64,000 nt of DNA, from positions 124,001 to 188,000 of the forward strand of contig MU058059.1 in NCBI GenBank assembly GCA_013265495.1, read 5' to 3'. This document shows, piece by piece, positions 27,756 through 40,471 of this stretch. Numbering within the stretch: position 1 is the first letter of the stretch; each line of letters starts with the position of its first letter. A program made the position numbers and the translations under genes. The notes under the pieces are model-generated. The model was not told where the DNA came from. It ran no database searches and saw nothing but the letters and a program-made list of their open reading frames with translations. This stretch comes from Vicugna vicugna. Lineage: Eukaryota.

Positions 27756-28224
27756 TCCTTACATTCAGGGGATGCATCTGCTTGCACTGAGCAACTAGGT
27801 TGATTTTACGTGCGCTGGAGATTTTCAAAACCTTTACTGCTGTGTTAGTAATCATACTGATGATTCCTTTCTGTTTTTTCACCCTTGAAAATGTATTCAC
27901 CGTTTTCTGCTTCAAAGGTATTTCAGACATGGGTTTCTTGAAAATTTAAAACCTCTGATTGTTAAAAGCTTTTGCCGTTGTAAGCAAAGCACTCACATCC
28001 ATAGTTCTCTCCCTAATGACAGTCTTTCTTATGACTGTAGCCATTTATCTGGCAGAATCCAGTATGGGAATCTTGAAGTCTACATGTGATGGGAGTACAT
28101 TCTCCAGTGGGGGCCATTTTTACATTCTTCTCCATTTCACGTTTTTTTAAAAAGCGATAGGAAGTCTGGTGGTGTGGCTGGGACTTCAGTGCTGTCATTA
28201 GGAGCGAATGCAGTTTGGGAGGCG

Positions 28225-28253
28225 AAACAAAACAAAACAAAACAAAACAAAAC
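28225..28253. repeat. (AAAAC)n microsatellite
   Basis: aaacaaaacaaaacaaaacaaaacaaaac seen directly. Confidence 0.9.
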
Positions 28254-29106
28254 TTGCAGAGTGAACAGTATCAGTTTCCTGGCCAGGTCAAGTACTTAGG
28301 ATCGGCCAGGAAAACATGAAAATTGAGAAAAAGGAATTAAGAGAGTTACAGTTTGAGAAACAGAAGACCTAAGACCGTTTAATCCTCTTTAAAAAAAAAA
28401 AAGCCTTTGTGGAACAGGGAATATGGAGTTAGAAATTGGGTATTTTCTAGAGCATCTTCTCCCTCACCTGTGTGACTTCCAGGCATTGAGAGGAATTTGA
28501 GTGACAGCTTTTCATGAGGCAACATGCTGCCTTTTCAGAAAGCCCCAGTGAACACCCTCCTCCCATTTGCTTCAGTTACTGGTACCAGACTCTTCCTAAG
28601 CAAGTCCTGTGTCGAGCTATTTGAGGCATTTCTGAGATGAACTTGCCAAAATGCACGTCAGACATCTTACTCTTCCACCTTGATCTTTCCATTTAAGCGT
28701 GAACCCAGAACAGGGGAGGATGTTTGGTCTTTTTTTCCTTCCTTCACCCACCAATAGTTTCATTCAACCTACTAGCTGAAGATTTCTTTCAAACACAGAA
28801 GAAACTTCAGCACCAAATTACATCCTCACTCAATGAGCTCAGCTCCTCCCTGACAGCTTTCAGTGAGGAGCCAGTCTTTCACAGGTTAACCTGTGTATCT
28901 TTATGACCTCCTTAGGGTTTTTGGTTTCTTTTTAAGGGGCAAAACATTTCTCTGTCAATACTGTAAGACAATTTAACATGAGAAGGATCTTGAGACAACT
29001 GCGTATGGTGGTATACTGAGGCTCTTACGTTGACCTGAAACTTGTGAACTTTTTCCTCTATTTTTTTTTTAAACCCCCAAGCATATTAGACTTCCTTTTG
29101 CTCTAG

Positions 29107-29428
29107 GCCAGAGCTCTCCATCAGAAACATCATGTGAGCCAGAATGTGAGTGAAAATTCTAGCAGCTTTATTAAAAAAAGAAAAAGAGGTGACATTAACT
29201 TTAATAGTAAATTTTATTTAACCCAATATATCAAAAAGTAGTAGTATTTTGACATACAAGTGATATAAAATAAGTAATGGGTTCTCGTCCACGTTCTCTT
29301 TTTTTATACTACAGCTTGGGATCCAGCGTGTGTTGTACATTGAAGGGCAAGTTTCCATCCAGATGAGCCTCTTCCAAAGGCTCGGCAGTCACCCGGGGCA
29401 GAAGGTTACCGGTGGAGGAACGTGGCTG
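29107..29428. mobile_element. MER33-like hAT-Charlie element
   Basis: attaactttaatagtaaattttatttaacccaatatatcaaaa and flanking sequence follow MER33. Confidence 0.75.
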
Positions 29429-29439
29429 GGAGTTCTCTC

Positions 29440-29600
29440 CTTCGCCGCCGCGGGGAAAACCCTCCCTGGAGCGCGGCTGTGTTTCCGGCGTCTCCGCCTT
29501 TCTATTGGCTCCTTTCGGCCGCGCAGGCGCCCTGGAAGCCCCTCGCTTGCCTTGCAGCCGCTCCAGGTTCCACCGGTCAATTTCCTGTCCTCAGGAAGCT
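29440..29600. promoter_or_regulatory. Small CpG-rich promoter-like element
   Basis: CpG-dense; GGGGAAAACCC 29452, GTTTCCGG (ETS-like) 29481, TCTCCGCCTT (GC-box variant) 29491, ATTGG (reverse CCAAT) 29504, GCGCAGGCGC (NRF1) 29521. Confidence 0.6.
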
Positions 29601-29742
29601 CCACCGTAAAGCCCAGGGCCTCTTCGTGGCCTTAGCCTTGCTGACAACTCTCTCCGTCCACCTTGGTCGCTTTTGCAGGTGCCCGCTTGTCCCCGTCTTA
29701 CTTCTCCGTGGATTCATCCCAATAGCGGGGGATGGGGACAGG

Positions 29743-29916
29743 CAGTGGTTCTCAAATGTGGGAGCCTCGGAACCCCTGGAGGACGTGGTAAAATGCTGCC
29801 GGGCCACTTGCAGGGTTTCTGATGCTGGAGATCTGGGGGGAAGCTGGAAAGTGTGCGTTTCTAATCAGTTCCCAGGGGATGCTGTTGGTCTGGAGCCCCC
29901 ACTGGGAGAACGTCTG
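29743..29916. mobile_element. MER5A-like hAT-Charlie element
   Basis: cagtggttctcaaa...tgcgtttctaatcagttcccaggggatgctg...gagaacgtctg. Confidence 0.8.
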
Positions 29917-31139
29917 CTCTCAGTTTCAGTCCTTGGTGCTCTGGGCTTTCCTCCAGGAGATGCCGAGGAAGCCCCGAGTCGGTTCCAGGGTCCAGGTGGC
30001 CTGTGCTTCAGGGTCCTGATTAGCCCGAGTTGGTCCTGACCGATGGTAAAGGCACTTGCTCTGGCCAGGGATGGCTTCCAGCAAATGAGACCTGGGGATG
30101 GGGGAGCTTCTAGGAGCTTTCCTTCCTGTGAAAGGGCCCCGAGACAGGCTTGGTCTTCTCCTGCTTCTGGACACTGCTGCCTCGGTTTACCCCTCAGGGC
30201 ATCGGTTATCATCCTGGGCCCCGGGGGGAAACGGCCAAGAGGCCGCGCTGGGCACTGACCACAGACACAGGAAAGATGGACAGAGACGGATGACAGGATT
30301 TCACGGAACTGCTGAAGGAAACCTGCCTGGGGTGTGCTGCGTGCAGTAACAAGTATGCATGTGGTTCAGGCCACTTTGAACTGAGCTTTCTGCCACTTGG
30401 TGCAGAAAACCTCCCCATACTCCTCCTGAGAGCTTTTCTCTCTTCCCCGTCCAGTTGCTCTGTCTGATTTGAGTTTTCCTTAAGTCAGCTTTCAGCCCCG
30501 CATCTTCCTCTCCTGAATCCTCTCTCCCCTCGCTGCCTTTCTTGCTCTGACAAAGAGGAGGAGAGGCCAGTCCTGAACATCCTGGGGGCTCAGAACAGAA
30601 ACCCAAGGGCAGGTCCCGATACATCTCTCTTCCCACCCCTGGATGCATTCTGCGTCGTGAGCGGGATGCAGGTGGGCACCCGCGGGTGTGTGGGCTCTGC
30701 CGTGCCTCCCCACCTACCATGAGCTGCCCCCTTCACCCCCTTCGGCTGAGGGGTGCGTGCACTGGTGCCTGGCCCGCCACGGGAGCGGGGCAGACCTGGG
30801 GAAGAGCTGGGCAGGCGCTGGAAGGAGGCTGAGGACCGCCTGACTGGGAAGCGTGGCAGCCCGGCCCGGGGGCTGAGACCTGGGTGAGGGGTGCCCACGC
30901 AACCGGGCAGGTTCTTGGACTCTGCGCGCACACGGTAGAGGCTCCCGTGGCTGCAGAGTAACGCATCCTGTCTAGTACTCGGGTCCTCCTCTGGAACAAG
31001 ATACTAGCCTAGGGTATTGCTTGTGTGAAAAGATCTGGGAATTTTGGCGATTTTCTTTTCTATTGTACTAGGCGCAGTCAGGCATTTAAACCTTAGTGGT
31101 TAGATTTTTTGTATTGTGTCATCTCTGACACCATTAGTC

Positions 31140-32350
31140 CTTCTTCCTTGGACTCATTTGCTGAAATACATTCTCTAGTTATTTTTTCAGAAAAGAGCTT
31201 ATTTGGTAAACTTTGTTCAAGACAGTTCTGTTTCCCACATGAAAACTGAGTATCAACTAGATAGAAACTCATATGCATTTCTGCTCAGCACTGGGGAAAC
31301 TTGGCCCTCACACCATCCCTTGTGGCATCTCTGGGCCGTCTGCTCCTCACACTTTCTGTGAGTAATCTGTGTCCACCCCTTCCTCTGCTTGGAAGATTTT
31401 ATATATGCATATATTTATTTATACCTGAATATTCTACAGGGAAATGTTCTTGATGGTTCTCAGTATTTTTCCCTCCTCCAGTTTCTGCTCTTCTAACACT
31501 CCTGCTAGATGCTAAAGACTTGGCTCTATTTTCTATCCTTACATGTCCTGACTTGTCCAACTATCCATCCGTACGTTTGTTGACATGATATGTTAGGGAT
31601 TCCTTCTGAAACATTCGTTGTTTTAGCTGGATTCACTCTGCTCTCCAGCCTTTAGACTGAGAATATTCATTAGTTTTTTTTGGGGGGGTTACATGTTTAA
31701 CTCTCAGGCATTTTAAAAAGAGTAGCTTGTTCTTATTTTATTAAATATTACTGAATATTTGAGGAGGGTGATCTTTTTCATACTTCTTTTCTTCACTTTC
31801 TATGGACTCGTTTCCTTGCCGTGAGGTCTGCAGTGTGTTGAATTCCATGTTTCTCTCTGAAGTGTTTTCTTCCCGCAGTTGATGACTTTTGGTTTTCTGT
31901 TCACACTTAATGTTTGAGAACAAGACGCAAGACTGAATGTCCTCAGCTGAAGTAAGAAACCCTATTAACTCTCTCTTCTGTTACTGTCAGTTCTGATCTC
32001 AGCGGTCTGCCTTCTGTCATCATGGGGAGGGCAGGATGGGTGAGCCCGCCTTGCTTTGGCAGCTAAGCCCAGCTCAGAATCCACACTCGGTGCCCTCCCC
32101 TTGGGGCCAACACCAGCCTCCCTGGCCCTGCTCCCTTCCCCCAGGTTCTAGTCGCTTCTCTTAAACACCAGCAGAAGCGCTCTCACGCAGTGGAGCCTGC
32201 ACGGGAGAAGCTCAGCGCGGGGCTCGTGCACGTCGGGACCCGCTGCGCTGCTCCTCCAGGGCCGCCTCTTCATCGCTCCCTCACCTGCCCCAGGGCCCTT
32301 GCTAGTGCTTGGTACAACGTGCCTCCAGCTCTCTGTGGGATTCTTTTTTT
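31140..32350 (-). mobile_element. HAL1 / L1ME ORF1-region remnant
   Basis: tttttcagaaaagagcttatttggtaaacttt...ctggattcactctgctctccagcc; T-rich composition typical of antisense HAL1/L1M ORF1. Confidence 0.5.
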
Positions 32351-32539
32351 TTTTTTTAACCTTTATTCTTGAAGGTCCATTCTCTTCTGTGTGTTTTGTG
32401 GTTGCAGCAGGGGAGATGGTACAAAGGTGTTGGTCCAGAAAGAGTTTGGAAGCAAAAGCTGATCCAGGGGGTTTGTGGAAAATTTAGCCCATGAAAGAAA
32501 TCCAAGTTGGTGCCCAAGATCTCGGCTGGAGCCACTGAT

Positions 32540-32990
32540 ACGTGGGGGTAACATCTACTGAAAGAAGGCTGGGGAGAAGGAGGTTTCAGGCAGGATGGGG
32601 ATTCTGTTTTGGACCTGTTACATTTGAGGTGCTTATTAGGTATTCAAGTGGAGGTGCCTGGCTGACAGTTGGATGAGTGAGGGCGGGTTTGCGAGGAGAT
32701 GCTGAGGCTGGAGATGCAGGTCTGGGTGATGTCAGCATGCTGGTGGTGTCTACGCCTGGGGACTGGATGATACCATCACGGGACAGAGGAGAAGGCAGTC
32801 AGGACAAGAGCTCCCAGGGACATTCCAGTGTCCCAGGGTCCAGGAGAGGATGAGAAAGCTAGAGTTTCTGGAAGAAGCAGAAGGGAAACCAAGCGGCACA
32901 GGACCGGTCAGCTGGCTCAGCCCGCTGACTGGCTAAGATGTGATGCAGAGGAAACTGGCCCCAGGACCAGGCCAGACGTAGGTCAGTGGT
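32540..32990 (-). mobile_element. L2 LINE fragment
   Basis: ttctgttttggacctgttacatttgaggtgcttattaggtattcaagtggaggtg...gctggagatgcaggtctgggtg. Confidence 0.8.
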
Positions 32991-33549
32991 GACTCCATGA
33001 GAATTAAGAGACTGTGGCCCTAGTTTTCTTCTAGTTCTCTGCACAAGTTTCTTAAGATTTTCCCAAAAATGGGGATTACATACTAAATATAATGTCTTGC
33101 TTAGAGGGGCAAGGGAGCAAGTAATACACTTTTTGAAAGTTAGTGGTTTTCAAAGATGTACACCTTTAGTGAGTGACCTGCTCGTGTCTTTATTACAGCA
33201 CTAAGGTCGTATTCTGAAATAAATGCTATCCGTGGAGGTGCTTAGGGTAAGTCACTAACCTGGCGTTTTATCCCGTTGCCAGAGAGATGTATCAGCCAGT
33301 TCATATTCGGTGTGCGCGGGAGGGCTTCCCTGCACCCACAGAGGGCAGTGCTGGCCACGTTCGTGGAGGGCGTTTGTGAGATGCTGGCTCTCCTGCCTTC
33401 CTCACGCCAGCTGCTGGGGTCGGTTATCTGCCAGGCACCGTGGTCAGCACGGGGAGAAGCCGCAGCAAATGAGAACCTGGCCCTGATCGCCAGCGCTCTG
33501 GCACCAGAAACCACCGCTGGTCTCCGACCCGCTGCAGACTGACTTAGAG

Positions 33550-33710
33550 CAGTGACCCTCACGACGTGGCGTCCTCCCCACCAGCTCGGCAGCGCCCGGA
33601 ACTTCCTGGACGTGTGCATTGTAGCCCCCACTCCTAGGCCTAGCTGGGTAGTCCGTGTTGCAACGCGCCCGCCAGGTGACTCTTAAACACGCTCAGTTTG
33701 AGAACCGCTG
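33550..33710. mobile_element. MER5A1-like hAT element
   Basis: Follows tagag; ends ccaggtgactcttaaacacgctcagtttgagaaccgctg. Confidence 0.7.
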
Positions 33711-33800
33711 GGTAGAAAGGGAGGCAGGTTACCATCTGGGACGTTCACACTTCTACGCTCCACTTGAAAATGACAGTATCTAAAGAGGAGACACTAAACT

Positions 33801-34115
33801 CAGCCCGCCCTCCGTGCCCAGGCGTTCCGCTTCTGTGGAGTCAACCAACCGCAGAGCAAATATATTCTTTAAAAATTAAATTCCAGAAAGTTCCAAAAAG
33901 CAAAACTTGAATTTGCCACATGTTGGCAACTCTTTAGCATTTATGTTGTGTTAGTTATTATAAATAATATAGAGATGATTTAAAGTCCATGGGAGGATGT
34001 GCGTAGGTTACATGCAAAGACTAGGCCGTTTTATATAAGGGACGTGAGCATCCATGCATTTGGGTATCTGCCAGGGTCCTGGAACCAATCCCTCGTGCCT
34101 AACGAGGGATGACTA
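33801..34115. mobile_element. MER2B-like TcMar-Tigger element
   Basis: aaattccagaaagttccaaaaagcaaaacttgaatttgcc...gggaggatgtgcgtaggtta...gggtcctggaaccaatccc. Confidence 0.85.
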
Positions 34116-35691
34116 CATCGAGGTAATGGTGGTAATTATCACAATCTGTTTCATTTCTGAAGCCCGTCCTCAGTTATTTTGGCCTAAGGCATGTTTGAGT
34201 CTACTTTTGGCTTCCGACAACGTGGAGCTATTTAAAAATTGGGGGGTTTATTTCCATTATGTAAGGAAAAATGTTGAGAGCTCTGAGCAAATCACCCAAT
34301 GGTACAGACTGGTCCCAGTATAAACGTGCAGTTCTCGGCTGCACTGGGCACTGGCTGCCGGGCAGAGGCCCACATCTCCCTTGTCGCCGCTCCCTCGTGT
34401 CTCCCAAGAGCTGCTTCCAGCGTTCTGCCTGCCTTCTTGTTGATCATCTTCAACAGATAATCTTACCTCTTACTCTTCACAGGTAAAATAACTCATTGGA
34501 AAAACTTCTTGACACTTGTCCTGAAAATTTATGTAACTCCATCACATTTTTCTTCCTTTGATCGTGCTCAGAGGAAGGAGCTATAATTGCTTTAATATAA
34601 GCATGAGTTCCCCACGTCCCCACCCCCGCCTCTCCTCCTGGACCGTAAACCCTTCACTCTCCATCAGTATCTTTCTATCAGCATTTAATCATGGTTAAGA
34701 GACTCTTTCATCTTAAAAGGAAAAGCTAAGTCTTTCTCAGTTTCATATCCCTTTCAAGCTATTGATCTCAGTCTTTTATTTCGTGCAGCAAAATTTCCAG
34801 TACTTGTCTGTCTGATTCTCTTATTGTCCCATCAACCAGCATGTGATGTTTCATGGCAGTCAGTTCACTAACATTTGATGAATAAAATGTCTGAATGAAA
34901 ACCTTAAAGGAGACTTGAAAATGCAGAAAGTTAACAAAAAATATACCTCATGTAGCATCTCTTTACCTAAATAAAACCCTCATGGAAGCTTTAAGTAGTT
35001 AACGTCTTTATATTCTTGGTCTTCAAAAGTCAAACAATCGTCTTAGTAAGTTTTAGAAAGAGCACACAGTAATGTTTGCAGGCCGACTTAGAGCTGGCAT
35101 TCAGTTATTTGTGCAAATATTACCCAGAAAAAGTAGCAATACTTAAAAGGCAACAAAAACACCTTTTCTTACTACTTTAAGTCATCATACCCAATCCGAC
35201 CTTTGTTGGAAAAGTTAGTAAGTAACACCATGTAAAGGCGCTTTTTTATTTCTCCTTCTTCCTGCCTAAGTTTATGAAGAGAATAATCAGAACAACAAAC
35301 AGCAAATAATAAACAAAACAACTGATTCTGGGGGAAGACTCTTACTCCAACTTTCTTTTAAAAGACATCTGTTGCAGGTGTTAACAGGCCAACAAGACAA
35401 GAAGGGGAAAGACGCTAACTAATCACTGAACGGCACTGGGAAGAGAGGAGTGCATTCTCAAAGAGAAAGACGATTTTCCCTAGTAATATTCAGGGAAAAT
35501 GATGGTTATTGGTTTGTTGCTATGAAAGAGTTTATGGGGGAAAAAAAACTGACGATTAAGATAGTTTATCTCTCTAGGTCAAAACACATTCATTGACATG
35601 TATGACATTTTACAGTACCCTAGTGTTATGGAGCTGTATTAGAAATCACACTAAGTATCAGTTGGTCAACCAACACATCCAGTAACTCTTT

Positions 35692-36443
35692 TCTTTATTG
35701 ACATATAGTTAATTGACAACATTGTGCTAGTCTCTGGTGTACAGCATAGTGATTCAGTTATGTACACACATAAATATATACTTTTTCATTATATGTTATT
35801 ACAAGCTACTGAATATAGTTCCCTGCGCTCTACAGTAGGACCTTGTTATTTTATCTCTTTTATGTATAGTAGTTTGTATCTGCAAATCCCAAACTCCAAA
35901 TTTATTCCTTCCCCTACACCATTTCCCCTTAGTAATCATAAGTTTGTCTTCTGTGTCTTTGTGTCTGTTTTATAAATAAGTTCATTTATGTCATTTTTAA
36001 AGATTCCACATATAAGCGACATCATATGGTATTTGTCTTTCTCTTTCTGACTGACTTAGTATGATAATCTCTAGGTTCATCTGTGTTGCTGCAAATGACA
36101 TTATTTCATTCTTTTTATGGCTGAGTAGTATTCCATTGTGTGTGTGTATGTATGTGTATATACACATCTTTATTCAGTCATCTGTTGATGGACATTTAGA
36201 TTGCTTCCATGTCTTGGCTACTGTAAACAGTGCTGTTATGAACATTGGGGTACATGTATCTTTTCAAATTAGAGTTCCCTCTGCATATATACCCAGACGT
36301 GCGATTGCTGGATCATATGGTAGCTCTATTTTTAGTCTTTTGAGGAATCTCCATACTGTTTTCCATAACAGCTGCACTGGACTACATTCCCATCAGCAGT
36401 GTAGGAGGGCTCCCTTTTCTCCACAGCTTCTCCAGCATTTATT
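35692..36443 (-). mobile_element. 5'-truncated younger L1 with diverged ~20-bp TSD
   Basis: L1 3' UTR and ORF2 C-terminus, antisense; flanks aacacatccagtaactcttt (35672-35691) and aacacacccaataattcttt (36444-36463). Confidence 0.92.
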
Positions 36444-38596
36444 AACACACCCAATAATTCTTTAAATTCATCTTTAGTCATTTCTTCTTCAAGGCTAACT
36501 GGCAGGGCAGCACGATGAGGCCCCCTATTCTATAGCGACTACTGGTTTTCACACAATACCCTGCATACTCCAGTCCATGTGTTACATCACTGACACACTC
36601 CAGCTGGAGGAAAAGAAGATCAGAGAAGGGTGCGTGCTCTCCAAAAAACAGGTGTACAGAAAACAGTGACATAGGACCTCGTGGATAAAAGAGATCCGGA
36701 ATAAAGTATAGATCCCCATCGTTACAGAGAGGGAGTGCCACAGCCCAAGTACAGAAGTTTGACAATTTCGGTCTATTCTTAAAAAGAATTGTAACAAAGA
36801 AATGAGGAAAGTTTAGCTGTGAATATCCACAAAACTATGAAAAAAATAAAAATTTCTGCCTTCAGAGGGCCAACTTCCTTCTGCCAACTCACCTACGGCG
36901 GTCAGCCTGCGGCTAGGGAGGTGCTACCAAAGCTGGTGTTTATTTAATGCTTGAATGTGCCTCGTCTGCAGGGCCTTCCGTGTACAGACTATGTAAAGGA
37001 AGACTCCAGTATTAAATCTCTCCGATAGAAGGCCCTCTTGTCTGTCTGCCTTGTCTGTGCTCACGTGGAAGACACACGCAGGGGAGCTAGCAGAACTGTT
37101 GTGTTAGGATGTGGGCGTATGATCGGCGCTTGTTAATAACGGTAACTGATTACTGTTTGCCACTGTAGGTAGAGCAACAGAACACAGGGTTTCAGAGCAG
37201 GAGGAGGCAAACCGATCACAAAAGTGAAAATGCAGCATTTAAGATGATTTGAATTCCACTGTACTCAAGCAGTTTATCCCTCCCTTATTTCGTATAAAAA
37301 CATGATTGCACTGAACTTTATTTTGGCTAAATGATCAGAGGTTTAGTTTTAAATCTCACAGAGGATATATGCCATGACTTGTTTGCATTTTTCAAACCCC
37401 AGGGCTCTAGGATAATAATGGTAACTAAAAAAGGGATTTCAGTCTGGTTTTCTCATTGCTACATGATTTGGTCCCAATGGCTCCAATAACACTAACGGCT
37501 CCTGCAAAGAAAGAGTGCCTTGGGGATGAGCATGCTTTGTACTTTAATTCAGGTGCAATTGCCAGATGCTGTTTTACAGACAACGTCATTGCCACAAATC
37601 ATAGCAAATATGTATGTGAGGGAGAAATGCTGGACAACCAGTGAAACAGGTGACACGCCTTTTAGAGAACATAAAAAGAAGGAAAAAGCATCTTGACCTG
37701 TTACAAGGTTGCAAAACAGTAATAGTTTTCACTCTCCAGTAACCCTCAAATAGTTACAGGATCTAGAACCAAGGATTTATTATTATTAAATCATATTCCA
37801 GGTGTCTTGGTATTAATATTAAAGACAAGCAAAGTTTTTCGCCCAATGTAACTAAAATCCACTTTAACATCAAGTGAGGTTCAGGAAGTCAACGCAGGCC
37901 TGCTTTCTGGCTCTGAGGACCCCACGGGAGCCCCAGCCCTGGGGCTGCGAGCTCTCCTGTCCCCAGTCTAGCCATTGTACGTTTACCTCCTGAGGCTAGG
38001 AATGCTGGAACGCAGGCTTAAGGCCTCATCGCGCATTGAGGCAGCTGTATTAGCCTCGGGTCCAACACCTGCCCCCTGCGGCACCCCGCACCTCCCCCAG
38101 AGAACAGCCTCCCCGCCTGCCTGCCTGCGGTAGCTGGAGCCTAGCCGTGTGGTCACTCCTCCACCCAGATTTCAGTCCGTAGCACTGACCCAGGATCAGA
38201 GCCAGACTCGGGGCCTCTCTAATGATTCGGCTTGGTGCTCCAAAAAGAGAACCACCAAAAGCATGATTGGAAGGAAGCAAAGGCTTTTGCCATAGGCTTG
38301 TCATGTCACACGGTTCATTTAAAAAGTCTCAACGAATCGCTGCCCATGAAGACTTAATTTGGACAGTATTAAGTTATTACTGTCTGGCTTTCTCTATTCA
38401 CACCACGTAATCAAATCCTTACTGAATACCTACTACACACTAAGCACTTTTCTAGATTCTGTAAGGAGTGCACAGGAACACAGTACTGAGTCCAGCCTCC
38501 AAGCTGCCTCTATCTGGTAAGATAAAACAACTTTTCAGGAAAAGAGAACAGCACAGCAGAAAGAGACTTACTGACAATTATCTGGCTTTTCTTGCT

Positions 38597-39017
38597 GGCA
38601 TTATTCAGGGTTCTCCACAAAATGGAACGAATAAGGGGTGTGTGTGTGTGTGTCTCTCTCAGAGAGGAAGAGACTTAAGGAATTGGATCATGTGATTGTC
38701 AGGGGTGAGAAGTCCCAAATCTGTAGGATAGGCTATCAGGCTGGAGACCAGGCAGTGTTGCAGCTTGAGTCTGAAAGCAGTCTGGATGCTGAATTCCCTC
38801 TTCCTCTGGGGACCTCCATCTTTTTTCTCTTAAAGACTGCACCTGATTAGATGAGGCCCACCCACAGGGACATTAGTCTGCTTTACTCAGTGTCTGCTGG
38901 TTTAAATGTTAATCTCATCTGGAAAATACATTTCACAGCATCATTTAGGCTGGGGTTTGACCAAATACCTAGATAACCACCACCTAGCCACACTGACATA
39001 ACAGATTAACGATTACA
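38597..39017 (-). mobile_element. MLT2-like ERVL LTR
   Basis: cagggttctcc...taaggaattggatcatgtgattg...tgattagatgaggcccaccc...tttaaatgttaatctcatct...tttgaccaaata. Confidence 0.85.
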
Positions 39018-39917
39018 TCACCCTTTGCAAAAAAAAAAAAGTCACTACATTTGTTTTTAATTAGGCTGTAAGATTTTTCTAGATCCAATAACAAATACTA
39101 ACAAGCTACTAGGTTTTCACTCCTGGAAGGTGTAGTTCATCTCAGTCAGGACGAGCTCTGTTACCTTTGTGCCCCTTTTACTGGTGATCAGATAGCCTGG
39201 TTTGGGAATTGACCCCTCTTTTGGGAGAGGGACTGATGGTGCAAGAGCCTCCATGGCCCTGGCTCGGGTATCAGGAGCCCTGGGCGTCCCTGCTTGGCCC
39301 GTGGCCTCCTGAGTGGGCATCTCCGGGGGAGCACGCCCCTGATTCTCCAGCATTTCCTTCTGCTGGTGGTGGTAGTGGACAACTCTGAGCTTTGGCCAAA
39401 GGGCCTGCTAGTTTTTTTGCTCTATTTTAGATAATTTTGTTCTTTCTGAAACCTGGCGAAGTGGATCTAGGCTGGAAAATTCCAGGGAATGCCCAGGAGT
39501 TCACAGGAGAGGACAGAAGATAATGTATTAGGATCTTTCAGTTCAGGACTTTTAAGTATGTTCTGAAGAACCTTTCAGCTTTGTAAGGGGAGCTTCAGAT
39601 TTCAATATCCTTCAGCCCAGTAAGACCTCACTGTAGGAGAGAAAAAGGCAGCCTCTCCCGGGATACGTCAGGTGTCTCCCTCCCAGCACGGCTTCTCTAT
39701 GGGGCTGCCCTAGGGCTCCTGCTTTGGTTTAAAAATGAGACATAAAGAACTTACTGTGAAGCAGTTAAATGAGAATGTGACCCTGAATAAAATTCAATGT
39801 CAAAGGCCTGCTGTAGAAAAGAGGCTTTAGGCAGTTGAACCGAAAAGAGGTCAGTATGAGATTCATATGGGTTGGTAAAATTTTAAAATTTATAAGCAAG
39901 AAGTACAAAAGCATTAC

Positions 39918-40256
39918 CATACATGGAGTAGAATATAGCATTAAAAAGGGAGGAGACCCCGTCACGTGTTGCAGCATGAGCGAGCGCCGAGGACATGAAA
40001 CGAGCTGGTCGCAGAAAGGCGGATTGCACCTGTATGAGGTGACCCAGGTCTACTCAGATGGACAGGAAGCAGAGCGGTCCCTGCTGGGGACCGGGGAGTC
40101 AAGTGTTTAATGCATACGGAGTTTCAGTTTTGCAAGATGAAAAAGTTCTGGAGATCTGTTACGCAAGTGTGAATGTACTTGCTGCTACTGAACTGTGCAC
40201 TTCATGGTTAAGTTGGTAAAGTTTATATTACATTTATCTATCACAATGGAAAAAAT
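39918..40256 (+). mobile_element. L1MB-like 3' end
   Basis: gtttaatgcatacggagtttcagttttgcaagatgaaaaagttctggagat...actgaactgtgcactt. Confidence 0.85.
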
Positions 40257-40471
40257 GCATTATAGGAAATTTCGAGAATAGAAACAATGAAATCGGCATC
40301 ACCCATAATTCCTCCCACCCCAGCACACTGCTGCCCTAAGGTGTCTTATTTCTGGTGTTTTCTTCTCCGTGCATATTTTTATATATCATCTATTTTCATC
40401 GTGGCACTGGGAGGTCTTTAAATTTTTTAAAGTATACCTATAATATCAGAAAAGTGCTTTTGTTCACTTCG

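Noticed and set aside
27959..28150. Hydrophobic 63-aa ORF resembling a membrane peptide
   Set aside because: Non-ATG start; T-rich composition explains the hydrophobicity
29422..30039. Longest ORF (205 aa, +)
   Set aside because: Begins at GTG, is GC-rich, runs through a MER5A element and resembles no known protein; an expected chance ORF
36478..36797. Overlapping minus-strand ORFs after a pyrimidine tract
   Set aside because: No recognisable homology and no matching donor or neighbouring exons
38069..38082. CTCF-like CTGCCCCCTGCGGC
   Set aside because: Mismatches at the conserved CC-A end of the core; weaker than the three reported sites
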